Positions 1 to 11,610 are shown, counted from the first letter of the stretch. The stretch is DNA of 60,049 bases from Asterionella formosa (GCA_002256025.1 NKIB01013294.1:1-60049), one strand, 5' to 3'. Numbers and translations are program-made. Notes: a model not told the origin generated them from the letters alone.

Positions 1-1084
1 TATTATACCTGGGACATCCGGAAAACGTGGTTAAAACCGTGTAAGAGCAATAATTTTGGGGTTAATTATTATTAGCTAATTATACAGAACTTGATATATA
101 TATATATATTGTTGAGAGCGCATCGTGCAAGGGCTGGACGGTTTCCGTGGAGGCTTGGCTTGTGCTCGTGACCCTTGCTGCTTAAGTTAAAAGTTAATAA
201 GCGTTTTGTGCTTTAAGTTAAAAGTTAATAAGCTATTGGTTCTTAAGGCCAGTGAAACTGTGGCCAAAAATGCAAACCAAGCAGTTTTTCTGCTCCTGTA
301 ACCCTAAAATGCGATGCTAACAGGAGTGAATATCCCAACGCAAATGCGTTGATGTTTCCCAATAAGTTTTACCTAAACGCATTACCACGTTGTTGATGTA
401 CAGGTCATTTTGCTTAAACTAACATTTTAATCTGGGATAAAAATAGCTAAATCTTTAGTTTAAGCAAAATGACCGCAACTTGCAGGGTACGAGATTTAGT
501 TTCAGCAAAATTACCGCAACTTGCTGGTATAACTGGTGCCGTACTGGTACCCTGGTCTGGTTGTCCTGTCTACCAGGGGTACCAGGTACCGGAGTTTAGT
601 GCCGCCTGGTTCTCCAGCTAGAAGGTACTGGTACCAGGGGTCCAGGTACCTGGTTCTCACTGATAGTAGGTACCAGGTACCACCACTCCGCCCACTCCTT
701 AAAAGGTCCGGTAAATGACGGTTTGCCGAGAAGGTCATAGGTATACTTGTAGAAATTCATTTACCTAGCTATATTTCTCGAATTCCAGACCTGCGCCTGG
801 CTGGTTCAACAACTCACTTTGTCACATGTATCATATGATTCACCTTATGATATGACAGCCATTAGTATGTTGGCTACTCCGCAGACAACTGTGTACCGAT
901 ACCTAATGGCACCTGGCACATAGAATCACCGTATTAGAAGCCGTGATAGAGCTTCCAGGTACCGGTACTCTAATCCAGTCGCTTGCTTGCACTGCCTGCT
1001 CAGAAGAAGGTTTGCAGTTCAGCCCTCGCCGTTACTTATTTCCTGGTCCGCGCCGCCGGTTGGATTCTGTGCCTCGTTGGCCCC

Positions 1085-3301
1085 ATGGTGCGGTCTCTCC
1101 TTCTTCTGATAACTGTTATTCCGAATGGCCTATGTTTTCTTCCGTCACTGAGAATTCCCCGTATAGTCATCCATCAGGGAAATACTCAGACGTTTGTTCT
1201 TTTAAAGAATGGACCACACAATGATGTCGACGATGATGAGGAAGCAGCCGTTCGAAACGGCGACTGTTCCAATTCAGAAGAATCGTCCCTCGTGGCGGCT
1301 TGTGAATTCTCGGACAAATTTGGACCCAACAATGAAATTCGGACGGTGGACGGAGATCGCATCATGTACCGAAATGGTTGCTTCAGTGACAAAAAATGGA
1401 TTCCTCATTACGGCAGGCCTATCCCGCACTGGTACGAGACTAAAGTTCCACTCGCCAACTACACCGCGGATGACTTGGTCATTGATTCCAAGGGTTTTGC
1501 GTGGAGAGCTCAGCATGCCTTGACAAGTCAAGGCATGAGGAGGTACAATATGATACCTTCGCAGAATCTGCTGCAATGGGAACAAAATGTAACCATGCCG
1601 AAGCCTTGGCAGGGACCCATGGACATTACTCCTGAAGCTCGTGGGTTGGGAACGACGATGCTGCGCGAAGAGGAAAAGTTCTCGGGATGGCTTCTTGACG
1701 ATGAACGGTGGATGGTATATTACACCAAATTGGTTGACTTTTGTAATCGTTTTGGACACGCAGATGTACCTCTCGATTGGAATGCTGACCCTCCTCTATA
1801 TAGATGGAGCGTGCAGCAGCGCACTAACTACCGAAAATATGCTCGCAACAACTACTATCAATATGAAATGGATGATAATGGTGAGTTGGGTGATAAGATT
1901 ACGGAATTGTCTCCGTGGCGAATACAGATGCTCTACGATTTGGGCTTTTCTTTTAAAATTCTCCTATCATGGGATGATCGCTTCAAGCAACTACAAAAAT
2001 TTCATGATCGATATGGTCATGTAGAGGTTCCATCAGATACCATGAATGATGACGACGACGAAGAAGAATTTCCTGGTCTCCATTACTGGGTTCGAACTCA
2101 GCGAACGGAATACAGGTGCTATCAGCAAGGCATGCAGAGCACCATGACGAACGAGCGTGTCAAGCTTCTAAATTCGTTAGCATTTAACTGGAGTCCAAAT
2201 GAAAAGGCCTGGGAAAGTCGCATAAAGGAATTAAAAGCCTATCGTGAAAAGAATGGGCACCTTCGTGTTACACTCGCGGAGAACTACGAACTAACTGTAT
2301 GGCTCAAGCACGTACGGCAGCAATATAAAATATTTCAGATGGAGCGCTGGGAAAGTCGACTTACGCCGGATAGAATAGAACAGTTGGATGATCTCGGAAT
2401 AGATTGGGATCCGCTGGAGTCCAAATGGCAGTGGAACTTTCACGCCCTAGCTATGTTCTCTGCCAGATTCGGGCACTGCCAAGTTCCGGTGGAGTATGAA
2501 GATGATCATCAACTTGCGGTGTGGGTCCGAAAACAGAAAGATGCAAAAAAAAGAGGGGTTATGAAGCCGAACCGCGAGGCTCAGCTGCGATCGTTGGGTT
2601 TTGTTTTTCAGACTTATGATGAAATGTTTGAACGTGGCTTTGAAAAATTGAAATCATATCAGGAAGCTCATGGTAATTGCGATGTTCCACTTTCGCATCA
2701 CGACAGGGAATTGGTAGGTTTTGTGGTCAATCAGAGGACGCAATATAGAGACAAACAAACAGGGAAAGTCTCGTCGCTCACTGAAGAACGTCAGGAGCGC
2801 CTAGAAGGGGTTGGCTTTGTTTGGAAAGTAGATGTGAACCGTGGCGCCTGGGAAAGTGGCTTTGCTAAGCTCAAAGCTTTCTCCGAAAAGATTGGCCATG
2901 CCAATGTACCATCCAATTACACAGATGAGGCCTTATATCGCTTCGTTAATACTCAACGTAACGAATACAAGAAGCTGAAAGACGGCAAGTTCAGATCAAG
3001 CTTGACTTCAAAACGAGTTGCGAGACTCGAGGAAATTGGATTAACGTGGAATATCAATGAAGCAAGATGGGTTGAGCGGTTTAATGAGCTGAGTGAATTT
3101 AAAAGGGTACATGGCAACTGCAATGTTCCCGACAAATACCAATTCAATCAATTGCTTGCAACTTGGGTCCGAAACCAACGCATACAATACAAGAAGTTGC
3201 AGAGGGGTGAAGTCAGCACAATGACCAATGATCGAGTTGAATCATTGGAGAATCTTGGTTTTGAATGGAGTATCAGAAACAGGCAGAAAGCTAAGATATA
3301 G
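1085..3301 (+). CDS. Helicase-associated (HA) domain repeat protein, 7 tandem HA repeats, no helicase core; probable signal peptide plus plastid-type transit peptide
   Basis: ORF 983..3301 begins at TTG; first ATG is 1085 (MVRSLLLLITVIPNGLC-FLPSLR). Seven repeats of W..+..L..F....GH..VP......L..WV..QR.........R...L..LGF.W. Confidence 0.9.
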   Translation: MVRSLLLLITVIPNGLCFLPSLRIPRIVIHQGNTQTFVLLKNGPHNDVDDDEEAAVRNGDCSNSEESSLVAACEFSDKFGPNNEIRTVDGDRIMYRNGCFSDKKWIPHYGRPIPHWYETKVPLANYTADDLVIDSKGFAWRAQHALTSQGMRRYNMIPSQNLLQWEQNVTMPKPWQGPMDITPEARGLGTTMLREEEKFSGWLLDDERWMVYYTKLVDFCNRFGHADVPLDWNADPPLYRWSVQQRTNYRKYARNNYYQYEMDDNGELGDKITELSPWRIQMLYDLGFSFKILLSWDDRFKQLQKFHDRYGHVEVPSDTMNDDDDEEEFPGLHYWVRTQRTEYRCYQQGMQSTMTNERVKLLNSLAFNWSPNEKAWESRIKELKAYREKNGHLRVTLAENYELTVWLKHVRQQYKIFQMERWESRLTPDRIEQLDDLGIDWDPLESKWQWNFHALAMFSARFGHCQVPVEYEDDHQLAVWVRKQKDAKKRGVMKPNREAQLRSLGFVFQTYDEMFERGFEKLKSYQEAHGNCDVPLSHHDRELVGFVVNQRTQYRDKQTGKVSSLTEERQERLEGVGFVWKVDVNRGAWESGFAKLKAFSEKIGHANVPSNYTDEALYRFVNTQRNEYKKLKDGKFRSSLTSKRVARLEEIGLTWNINEARWVERFNELSEFKRVHGNCNVPDKYQFNQLLATWVRNQRIQYKKLQRGEVSTMTNDRVESLENLGFEWSIRNRQKAKI

Positions 3302-3620
3302 TGATGTTGCAGGCAGATCTAGCTATAGACTACTGGTTATTCCAGGTTCAGTTGGCCCCTTTACTCCCAAAGAACGACAAGTGCTCGAATGCATTTGTTA
3401 TATGTCAGGGATAAAATACCTGGAAATATCATGTGCCCAAAACAAATGCATATTTCATTATCAACTTCTGGTAATCCCCCTATTTGAGAAAGTTTTTCAC
3501 TTTCAGCATTCCATCATTAAGGATTTAAAAATGAGCTCACCAGGCTAAACACAAGGGCAGGTATTTTGAAAATCTTTTCCTTTTTCTTTGTAATGCATAA
3601 TTCGAAAATTACTCCATTAA

Positions 3621-3904
3621 GGTTGCTGCATTGGAATTCCTGGGCAAAAAATAAAATATTGTTTAGGGGCAATCTTAACACAGATCAAATCTTCACAGAG
3701 ATATATTTCACAAATATATCTCAGTAATAGCAAAACAGTTAGCCATTTTTGTGTATCCTCAATCATGTGCATCAGACTCAGCAAAATTGTAGTGATGTGA
3801 GCTGAATAGCAAAATACATATTTATTTCAAATATGAAAAGTACGTGATTGAAAAGTCTGAATCAATGTTATTTTTTAAACCCTAGGGGCTCAAATTCAGG
3901 AACC
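3621..3904. mobile_element. Non-autonomous TIR element (MITE) flanked by TTAA, Kolobok-like
   Basis: TTAA at 3617-3620 and 3905-3908. Imperfect TIR GGTTGCTGCATTGGAATTCCTGGG vs rc GGTTCCTGAATTTGAGCCCCTAGG (17/24). Ends match the element end at 8609. Confidence 0.7.
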
Positions 3905-4029
3905 TTAATGCTGGTATGTAGCTGACGGGGTAACCTACCCCTTCCTGGTATGAATCCTAGGTAGTGGATGTACTGGTACCAGGTACCGGTATTAGTTTGG
4001 ACAATATACCAGGAAGGTTTGGTAGTGCA

Positions 4030-4830
4030 CATTTTATGCGCAATTTTTAAGTTTCGACTCACTCCCAACAATGATCTGTCCCATGCCTACCAGAAGGGTT
4101 AGGTTGGCTTTCCATTCCAAACTCTCGTAAAAACCTTTCTATTCCATTAAATTATCATTCAGTAAATCCATACCTTATATAGCCATAGTGTATGTGATAT
4201 GTATGATTATTTGCAAATATGCCAGTACCTGGTATGCTGTGCATTGCATCAGGCGTGATAATGACTGTGACTATATGGATATAGACATAATGATGTCAAG
4301 TATGTTCATAGCATTATTACTGCTGTAGCATGGCTATTAGGAGGAATATAGTACATAGTTGTGTATATTCATGTATATACTAGTACAAGGTATGTTACTT
4401 CATTTGCAGAAGGGTTATTCAGAAAATCTATTTGTATTTGCCCTCAAGTTTTATCAGCAAATTCTAGTTGTAGTCAGCAAATTCTTGTTGTTGCAGTCAA
4501 CAAATTCTAGTTGTTGTAGTCAGCAAATTCTAGTTGTAGTCAAGCAGTTCTAGTCGTTATCAGCAAGTTCAAAATGTAGAACAATTCCTATCTGTATTCC
4601 AAAGCAAGAAGATGGTTAGCTGAACCAGTTGCTTGATCAGGCAGCAAATCTGAGTCAAGTTCAGAGTTTGATTCTGCAAATCGTCATTGTTCAATAATAT
4701 ATTAAATGTCATCAATTAAGCACCTTATTGCAGCTCTATTATCAGTAGGGGAGCCATGATGGCGCTTCCTGGCGTACCAAGTACCAAGCCTGGGTTTTGT
4801 TGAAATGAGAAAATTTAACCCTAACCCACC
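4030..4830. repeat. Dispersed repeat copy (second copy ~49485-49830) with internal ~20-bp tandem units TCAGCAAATTCTAGTTGTAG
   Basis: 4032-4168 aligns with 49488-49632 (TTTCGACTCACTCCCAA...GCTTTCCATTCCAAACTCTC...TTAAATTATCATTCAGTAAAT). Tandem units at 4455-4570 recur at 49735-49830. Confidence 0.7.
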
Positions 4831-5503
4831 TGGTATCAACCCAACATACCGGTACTATGTGGTGACGTGGTGACTCTAGGTGCTTGTACGCGGGGAGGTG
4901 GTGGTGGCACAATCTCTCGAGGGAGAGTCGGGGTTGTACTACCGGTACTTACTTGTGCTGTTTGTTGTGCTGTGTTTGTCATGTCATCGGTCAATAAGAG
5001 TAACATACCGGTATCCTAAATTACTTAAGGATTGTTTTTTTCATCGAAAGCTGGCCTACCGGTATCTCATCTGGCAGGCATGGGGCGAATCATTGGGGGT
5101 GAATTGTAAGTGAAAAGGTGCACATATAAAAAGTGAACCACCCTCAGGACCTTGTTCCAGGTACCAGTACCAGGTACCAGGTAATTGTAGCAAGAACGTA
5201 CAACCCGGTACTCAGTAGCCACACCAGGTACCTGGTACTACCGGGTAGGTTATTTACCTATGGATAAACATACCGATAGGTACGATAGCATCGGAGGCAG
5301 CCCATGACGGATGCAGGATGCAGGAGGATATCGGTACTTTGAATATAGTTAATCCGATGCAATCCCATCCATGCTGTTGCAGCGACTGTGATATTGTTTG
5401 TTATTTCTTCATCACCTCTTTAAACTCGAATGGTATACCGGTAGCTTGATTGATCAGTAGGCAGCCACCATTAATGCATTGAATTTTCTTGGTGATACAA
5501 ATC

Positions 5504-6607
5504 ATGCTTGCTCACTTCTCCCGACGAGCAGTGGCAGCGGCGGTCAGGCAGCACCGCTTTGTCCATACCACCATTCCGCTCCATGGAATCAACAGCAAAT
5601 CAACATCCAAATCAGCCTACAGAGGCGCAACACTGACCAGGAAGAAGCCCCTCGCAATGCCCGACCAAGAACAAGAAATGAAACTCGCAGAGATTCAGAG
5701 CGAAGTTCGTACTCACCACTCCCACGGCAATTATGCAGATGCCCTAACGAGTGCCCAGACTCTGCTTAAGCTCAGCCAGGATCACTTTGGTCGAGACCAC
5801 CCGTCAACAGCGTCCGCTTTTAATAATGTGGGGTTGATGCACAAGCTACTGGGAAATTATTCCGACGCCCGGACCATGTATCACAACGCGCTGCGTATCT
5901 ATGGGGAAGTGCTAGGAAAGGACCATGCATCGTATGCGGCGGCCCTACACAATGTGGCAGTCTTGAATACATCGCAATGCCATTTGGATGAATCGTTGAC
6001 TTTTACACAGCGCGCAACATTGAATGAAGAAGCTCTGGATTATGTGGAGGAAGCGTGGCAAATTAGAGTTAAGGAATTAGGATCCAGCCATCCCCATACA
6101 CAGGCGTCTCAGAGTCACTTGGGATCAACCTTGGCGGATATGGTCGTGCAAAAAGCAAGTCGCGTTGACAAGATAACAACATTGACACAGCAGCAATGGC
6201 AAAAAGCTGAACATCATTTGCGGCAGGCTATGAGTGATGCAATTGATTCCCCACGGGGTCCCACCATTACGGATGTCGAACAACCTATAACGACCCTTTA
6301 TGCCGCCTCGGCAGCCCAAGCATTGGCAGTCTTTTTGAAATCAAAAGGAACTGCATCCCAAAAAAATGATGATGAGGTTTTGGCTGAATCGAAGGCGTTG
6401 TATGAGCAAGTGCTTGTGGTGAGAAATCAACTCTTGGATCCCGTTCATCCTGATACAGTCGCGACCAAATTTAGTCTGGCGGAATTGCTGGAAGCCGTGG
6501 GAAAAGAGGAAGAAGCCAATAAGATTCGTCAAGAATTAATTGATACGTATGGAGTCGAAGAAATAGAGGATGAAAAGGCCAGTCCTGATAGCGAAAACAA
6601 CAACTAG
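5504..6607 (+). CDS. Tetratricopeptide-repeat protein (kinesin-light-chain-like TPR), probable mitochondrial presequence
   Basis: HPSTASAFNNVGLMH..LGNY, HASYAAALHNVA, HPHTQASQSHLG and HPDTVATKFSLA repeats. Arg-rich, acid-free N-terminus from ATG 5504. Confidence 0.85.
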   Translation: MLAHFSRRAVAAAVRQHRFVHTTIPLHGINSKSTSKSAYRGATLTRKKPLAMPDQEQEMKLAEIQSEVRTHHSHGNYADALTSAQTLLKLSQDHFGRDHPSTASAFNNVGLMHKLLGNYSDARTMYHNALRIYGEVLGKDHASYAAALHNVAVLNTSQCHLDESLTFTQRATLNEEALDYVEEAWQIRVKELGSSHPHTQASQSHLGSTLADMVVQKASRVDKITTLTQQQWQKAEHHLRQAMSDAIDSPRGPTITDVEQPITTLYAASAAQALAVFLKSKGTASQKNDDEVLAESKALYEQVLVVRNQLLDPVHPDTVATKFSLAELLEAVGKEEEANKIRQELIDTYGVEEIEDEKASPDSENNN

Positions 6608-6686
6608 AAGGAATTAATTCCGGTTATTAGACGCTGCAAACTCTTTCAGTATTAATGATTGTTAACATCTGTTCGATATTTAGCCC

Positions 6687-8252
6687 TTATAGAAGGAGAA
6701 TGGCATCGGTAGCAAATCCATTGTTATACATATCTTTTCGAAGACTCATCTCACTTAAAATTTCTTTCATGCCCTCGCCATTTATCATGCGGGACAACAA
6801 TTTTGTAGTGGCTTGGACGAGAATTTCAAAGTAGCCATTCTGGGCAACTCTGGCCAAATTGCCACCATCAGGAGCCAAAAAATAGTCTCGAACTACCGAT
6901 GTATACGCAGATGACTGTGGATTTGTTGAGTTAATCTCAGCCAAGCAAGTAGAGAGGGGCCGGCCGTGGATGTAGCAAGCACATTTGAATTCATACCACC
7001 CTGCCTTGAGATTGTAGTGCAAGCCGTCTGCGTAAGGAACGTCATTGCCTCCCCCTCGCTTGTTTCGCTCCGTTGCATCCAACCATCCAGTAAAGACTCC
7101 GTTGATATTTTCCGAGCTAATTGGTGTCAACCAACGTAGTAATGCAGCCCATGCATACACCATGCTTGCTGATATGGGCTTATCCTGTAATAACAAGTCA
7201 ATCACAGTCGGTCCAAAGCGAATGCCTCCCTTCGCAGCTCCGTTTTGAGTAATAAAAAACGTTGATAGTCCAAAATGAGGGTGAGTCAGACGTCTTCGCC
7301 AGTCTTGATAAACCGCTTCTGTCTCCGCAGCTCCAAAGGTCGACCCCGGCAAAATTTGAGATTCAAAAAGACAATCGAGATAGTCCATCAACAGGCCACC
7401 ATTTGCCAACACATCAGTGTTCAATGTTCCCATCAATGCCATACACTGCGCGAGGGCTGTGTGAGTTGCATTCGCAACACGCAGCTTTAATGCAATATCT
7501 GCTACCAGCTGCTCTTGAGTGGATCTAACGACAACTCCTAAATGTGCAAGTGTCCGAAAGCCAGGTGGAAGTCGCTGCTGTGGATCCAAAATAACCAGCG
7601 CCTTGTTAGGGAGTGGCTCGCATTGGGGTACAAGTCCATCTGAACCCTCCCGTTGCGATGTGATGCGATCTACCATGGTGTTGCAGAATAGGACATGATT
7701 TTGTAAATACAGCCTCATCTCGATATGATCCGGCCCACAAAGGTCCAACATGTGCGATCGAATGGTGTCTCCGTTGTCAGGAACGTTGTCCATGTCGATA
7801 ACACATAAGTCGGACGAGTACAAATTGTGAACTCTTAAGTATTCCAACAAGAGAAACAACTCTTGCATGGCCTGCGTTTGACTATTGGCTAATCCAGCTT
7901 CTGTCACGCCAACGCCAATCACTTTAATTTGCAACGTTTGAGTTTGGCTGCTGAGAAAGTCGATCAGCGCAGCCTTCCCTTCCGCTGAACCCAATGAGAA
8001 GGCTGCATAGCAAGGAACTTTCGAGGTTTCCACTTCTCCGGAGGGTAGCACAGTGTCTACTTCGTAGGTTCCATCTCTTCTTGTCTTCATGTATTCCATA
8101 AAGTTGTACCCTCTAGTTTGAATCAAGGCCGGCTTGAGCTTGGCTTCAACGAGGGAAGGAACTAGTACCGAGCGCAAGAAGCGCCCGGTTCCCAAGCACA
8201 AGCAATCGATCGACTTGGCGTCATTGTACCCTGATATCCAATGCATCGACAT
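6687..8252 (-). CDS. Mannitol dehydrogenase family oxidoreductase (mannitol/altronate/fructuronate reductase-like)
   Basis: 521-aa ORF with Rossmann LGTGRFLRS, DNVPDNGD, FCNTMVDRIT and catalytic KLRVANATHT motifs. Confidence 0.85.
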   Translation of the reverse strand: MSMHWISGYNDAKSIDCLCLGTGRFLRSVLVPSLVEAKLKPALIQTRGYNFMEYMKTRRDGTYEVDTVLPSGEVETSKVPCYAAFSLGSAEGKAALIDFLSSQTQTLQIKVIGVGVTEAGLANSQTQAMQELFLLLEYLRVHNLYSSDLCVIDMDNVPDNGDTIRSHMLDLCGPDHIEMRLYLQNHVLFCNTMVDRITSQREGSDGLVPQCEPLPNKALVILDPQQRLPPGFRTLAHLGVVVRSTQEQLVADIALKLRVANATHTALAQCMALMGTLNTDVLANGGLLMDYLDCLFESQILPGSTFGAAETEAVYQDWRRRLTHPHFGLSTFFITQNGAAKGGIRFGPTVIDLLLQDKPISASMVYAWAALLRWLTPISSENINGVFTGWLDATERNKRGGGNDVPYADGLHYNLKAGWYEFKCACYIHGRPLSTCLAEINSTNPQSSAYTSVVRDYFLAPDGGNLARVAQNGYFEILVQATTKLLSRMINGEGMKEILSEMSLRKDMYNNGFATDAILLL

Positions 8253-8479
8253 GGCGATTGGAAGTGGCAGTGACAGAGTGGTGTATGTCTGAGCAAAGCG
8301 GATTTCTGCATGTACGCAGTGTTGTCTTGGCTGTGAAGCCTTTAGCTCATCCTCCGGGCTATGTTTTGGGTATTTTGGGCGCGCTCTAGTAATAAAATTA
8401 TGCTAATATTGGGCGCGCTTCGAAATACCAAATTTGTTTGTGATGCATAAAAATTAGGAAAATGATGTTGCTTTCGTCC

Positions 8480-8497
8480 CCCTAACCCTAACCCTAA
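8480..8497. repeat. Interstitial telomere-like (CCCTAA)3
   Basis: CCCTAACCCTAACCCTAA read directly; shorter AACCCTAACCC at ~4817. Confidence 0.7.
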
Positions 8498-8937
8498 CAT
8501 TAACAACACTACCGATGTAGTCAAATAAAATCTTATTATTTGGGTGGCCCAATATGATGAATTTGGCTTGCTGCGTACATAATTTTAAGGTATGACATCA
8601 CATGTTAAGGTTCCTGCATGTGAACCCCTACACCAAAGGCAAAAATAAAAATATTGATTAGGGTTGCCGAAATTCCCTGGAATTAAGAATTTTTATGAGT
8701 TAATTTTGAATGACATGATTCCATTTGAAATATTTAAATCACTGGAAATTTGCGAGTACCTACATAGATTCCTTTTCGAATTCAATAAATATATATATAT
8801 TTATAAACACGACCATTGCTCAATGTATAAATAAACTATCATACAATCAACATATATATGTCAGATGAGCTGGCTGGCAGCATGGCAAATATTGTTGATG
8901 ACTACCGATTTGAAACAAAAAAACGCAACAATCAACG

Positions 8938-9387
8938 ATGAGCAAAATTACACATCACAATGATGAAAACGGCAATGACAAATTTAAATACAGTCATGAT
9001 AGTTGTCCTACCTGCCAAGATCGGTTGATTGTAGCTAGAGTTGTATGTTGAGGGATTTGAGGATTGCATCTTCTGCAAATGCTGCGATTTTTGCTGCCCT
9101 GAATGACAGTGCCAATGGGATGAAGTCGAAGAGTTGGTGAAGAAGTTTCTGGAAGGTGAATCCATTCTTACCAGGTTGAAGAATGAAGACATTATGGCAT
9201 CACGAGCCCGCAATCTTCTGTACAAGTTTTTAATCAGAGTTTCTGTGGTCCATTGGGTAAAGGTGTTTGGATGCAACTTCCTGACTGTTGTTTGAAGGGG
9301 ATTCGATCTCTTTTGAAGAACAAGAACCCAAACGAAGTGTACACTGGTGGTTTCAAACCAACTTCCAAACATTCTAAATGTTCTTAA
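8938..9387 (+). pseudogene. Cys-rich KolX / P2X7 C-terminal-like small protein, disrupted by stops and frameshifts
   Basis: Manual translation across frameshifts: CPTC...CIFCKCCDFCCPE*QCQW...RARNLLYKF / CGPLGKGVWMQLPDCCLKGIRSLL...EVYTGGFKP, matching R..AYR...G.LG.G.R..LP.C....IR......Y.GF. Confidence 0.6.
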
Positions 9388-9578
9388 TCTATTAGTGATA
9401 AGTGTTTTTACGATTTTCATTTATTTCATTACTAAAGCAAGAACTTCAATACACCTACATACGATGTTTCAAAACCTTCTAGAAATGAGGTGGCATGAAT
9501 GACAAATATATTTTTATTTTTACACAATCTAACAAGTCAACCATAAAAAAGCAACACCAATTATTATAAGACAAAATC

Positions 9579-11610
9579 ATGCCACGTTCCAGTGGTAGCT
9601 GTCACATTTCCGAAATTGGTGTTGGTGGTCAAGGAGGAAGAAATATAGCGGCCGATGAAAATCAAAATTAGTGGACCTGAAAGATGCCTTTTTGTCCCCT
9701 ACAACAACCACTTCAGTAATTGAACCAATCACATCATCACCAATTAAAACAGACTCTCAACTGAACATGAATCATATAATCGTCTATAATACATTGTCGA
9801 AATTTCTACAGGAAGATATGTATTGCAAAAGTTGTGTTAATAAATTTGTAAAAGAATATTGCAATCAATCACTTCGTGACTTTGTAACTTACTTTACATC
9901 GAATAGACAACAAAAGCTGTCCATTCAACTGCAATGTGAAGCATTTCTGGAGGAGATGTGTTTGACTTTCCGATTACAACAATGAAAAACCATTGATTGT
10001 CGTCTCTACCAAAAATTACGGCTTGGCAAGCGAATTCAAAGTCTCATGTGTGACCTGTCAGAAACTGATTTCTAAACTCGAATCTGCAAGAAGCAACAGC
10101 AATGGAGACAGAAATGACGAGATAAGAAAAAACGCAAAAGAAGCAAAACACTTTTCTATCAACAAACAGTTTATTTTGGGTTGTCACGAAGCCAGAGTGG
10201 GACCAGCAGATGCAGATACTATCATCTGCTCCGCAATGAATCTTCCAATTACCTTTGGATTTTGGTCTACGCAACCAAGAAGGTAACTTTGGCGTAGTAG
10301 AGGAACTGGTCGGAAACGCTGAAGTTACTGAAACCGCTCTTGCAATGAAAGAGGCGTGGTGTCAGGAGGAAATTTATCTGACACTCAATGTTCATGGACA
10401 AGGAGACTGGGCTGACAAAGGATGTGATTTTCAGTGGTGGTGGAACAGTCTGACTGTTACAGATCGCTTGTCTGTACTGAATATGCCTCGACTCACTGTT
10501 AGTTACAATATGGGCTGGCAGCAGCAGTCCAGCGGGAATAATTAGTACAACTCTGTAATTGGACATACTTTTTGTATTGGCGGTTACACGAAAAAGATAC
10601 TAGACTACAGAGTGAAATCCAAGGTCTGTAATGTGTGCGACAGGGCTATACGGTACAAGAAACCAATCAAGGAAAATGTTTGTCCCAAGAATCATGTCAC
10701 TGGTAGTTCGAAAGCAATCGAACCAGATGCCGGTGTGAAAATGATGATTGATGCAGTAATGAGAAACAATGTTATCTATTATACAATCATCTGTGATGAT
10801 GATTCTACTATTCGAGATGTTTCTAAGTGGTCCTATAAGGAGTTATTGAAACTACAGCCATCCTCCCAATGACCAAGAGAAAAGAAAGGATTAAAAAATC
10901 GGGCAAAGGATGCCTTCCACTGACTGTACCCGAACCTACATTTCTGTTTGACCCATCCCACAGAATACATGTCCTTCTCCGCCCAGATTTTCTGAAATCC
11001 AATGGCCTGGTCTCCCTTGAGCTTCCCTCAAACGCAGATTATCTTCGGTTGAAAGTTTACTATGGCGCTTGTTGGAATTAAAAAACCGGAACCTCTCTCT
11101 GGCCGAATTTAGTAATTCCTCCAAGGCACCAATCAACCATTTATTTGGCTGCCACGATTACTGATCTGAGACATGGTGCCCTGTCAAAGCAGGAAAAATA
11201 GTTAGTAACGGAAAATAACATCATGACAAGGGAAAGGAAAAAATTACACAAATGGTAAATGCTGCATGTTGCAACAAAAGTCGAAGGCGAAAGCTGCTAT
11301 CATTGCATCATCCCTTTGACACGCAGATTAATGAGGCAATGAACAATGCAGTGTCGCAACAATGTCCAAAAAACAAGGTGTTTGCGGGATCTGGAGGCCT
11401 TCAATATCGAGTGGCTTCGGTTGCTGGGCAACACACACAAGGAGCGACACAACACACAAGTAGTAATGCATAGTACAAGCAATGTGGAATGCAGATGTCA
11501 GCACTGCAAGAATACTTCTGGAGACAAATAGAAAAGCGACGAAGTGACAATGGAGCTTATAAAGCACAATTCAAACGAAAAATGGAATGATTGCAGCTAC
11601 AACAATTATT
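9579..11610 (+). pseudogene. DDE transposase remnant (Mutator-like/Kolobok-type domain), multiple stops and frameshifts
   Basis: SYNMGWQQQSSG..YNS..GH.F.IG..TKKILDY.VKSK.C..C (10501-10640), CPKNHVTGSSKAIE, IICDDDST (~10790), FLFDPSHR, DTQINEAMN...PKNK.F.GS..L..RV (~11320-11415). Confidence 0.8.

Noticed and set aside
511..738. Short ORFs rich in VPGT/WYQ (also 37768-38895, 58768-58986)
   Set aside because: Translations of GGTACC low-complexity tracts.
8932..9420. 162-aa minus-strand ORF
   Set aside because: Antisense shadow of the + strand KolX-like pseudogene; no recognisable motifs.
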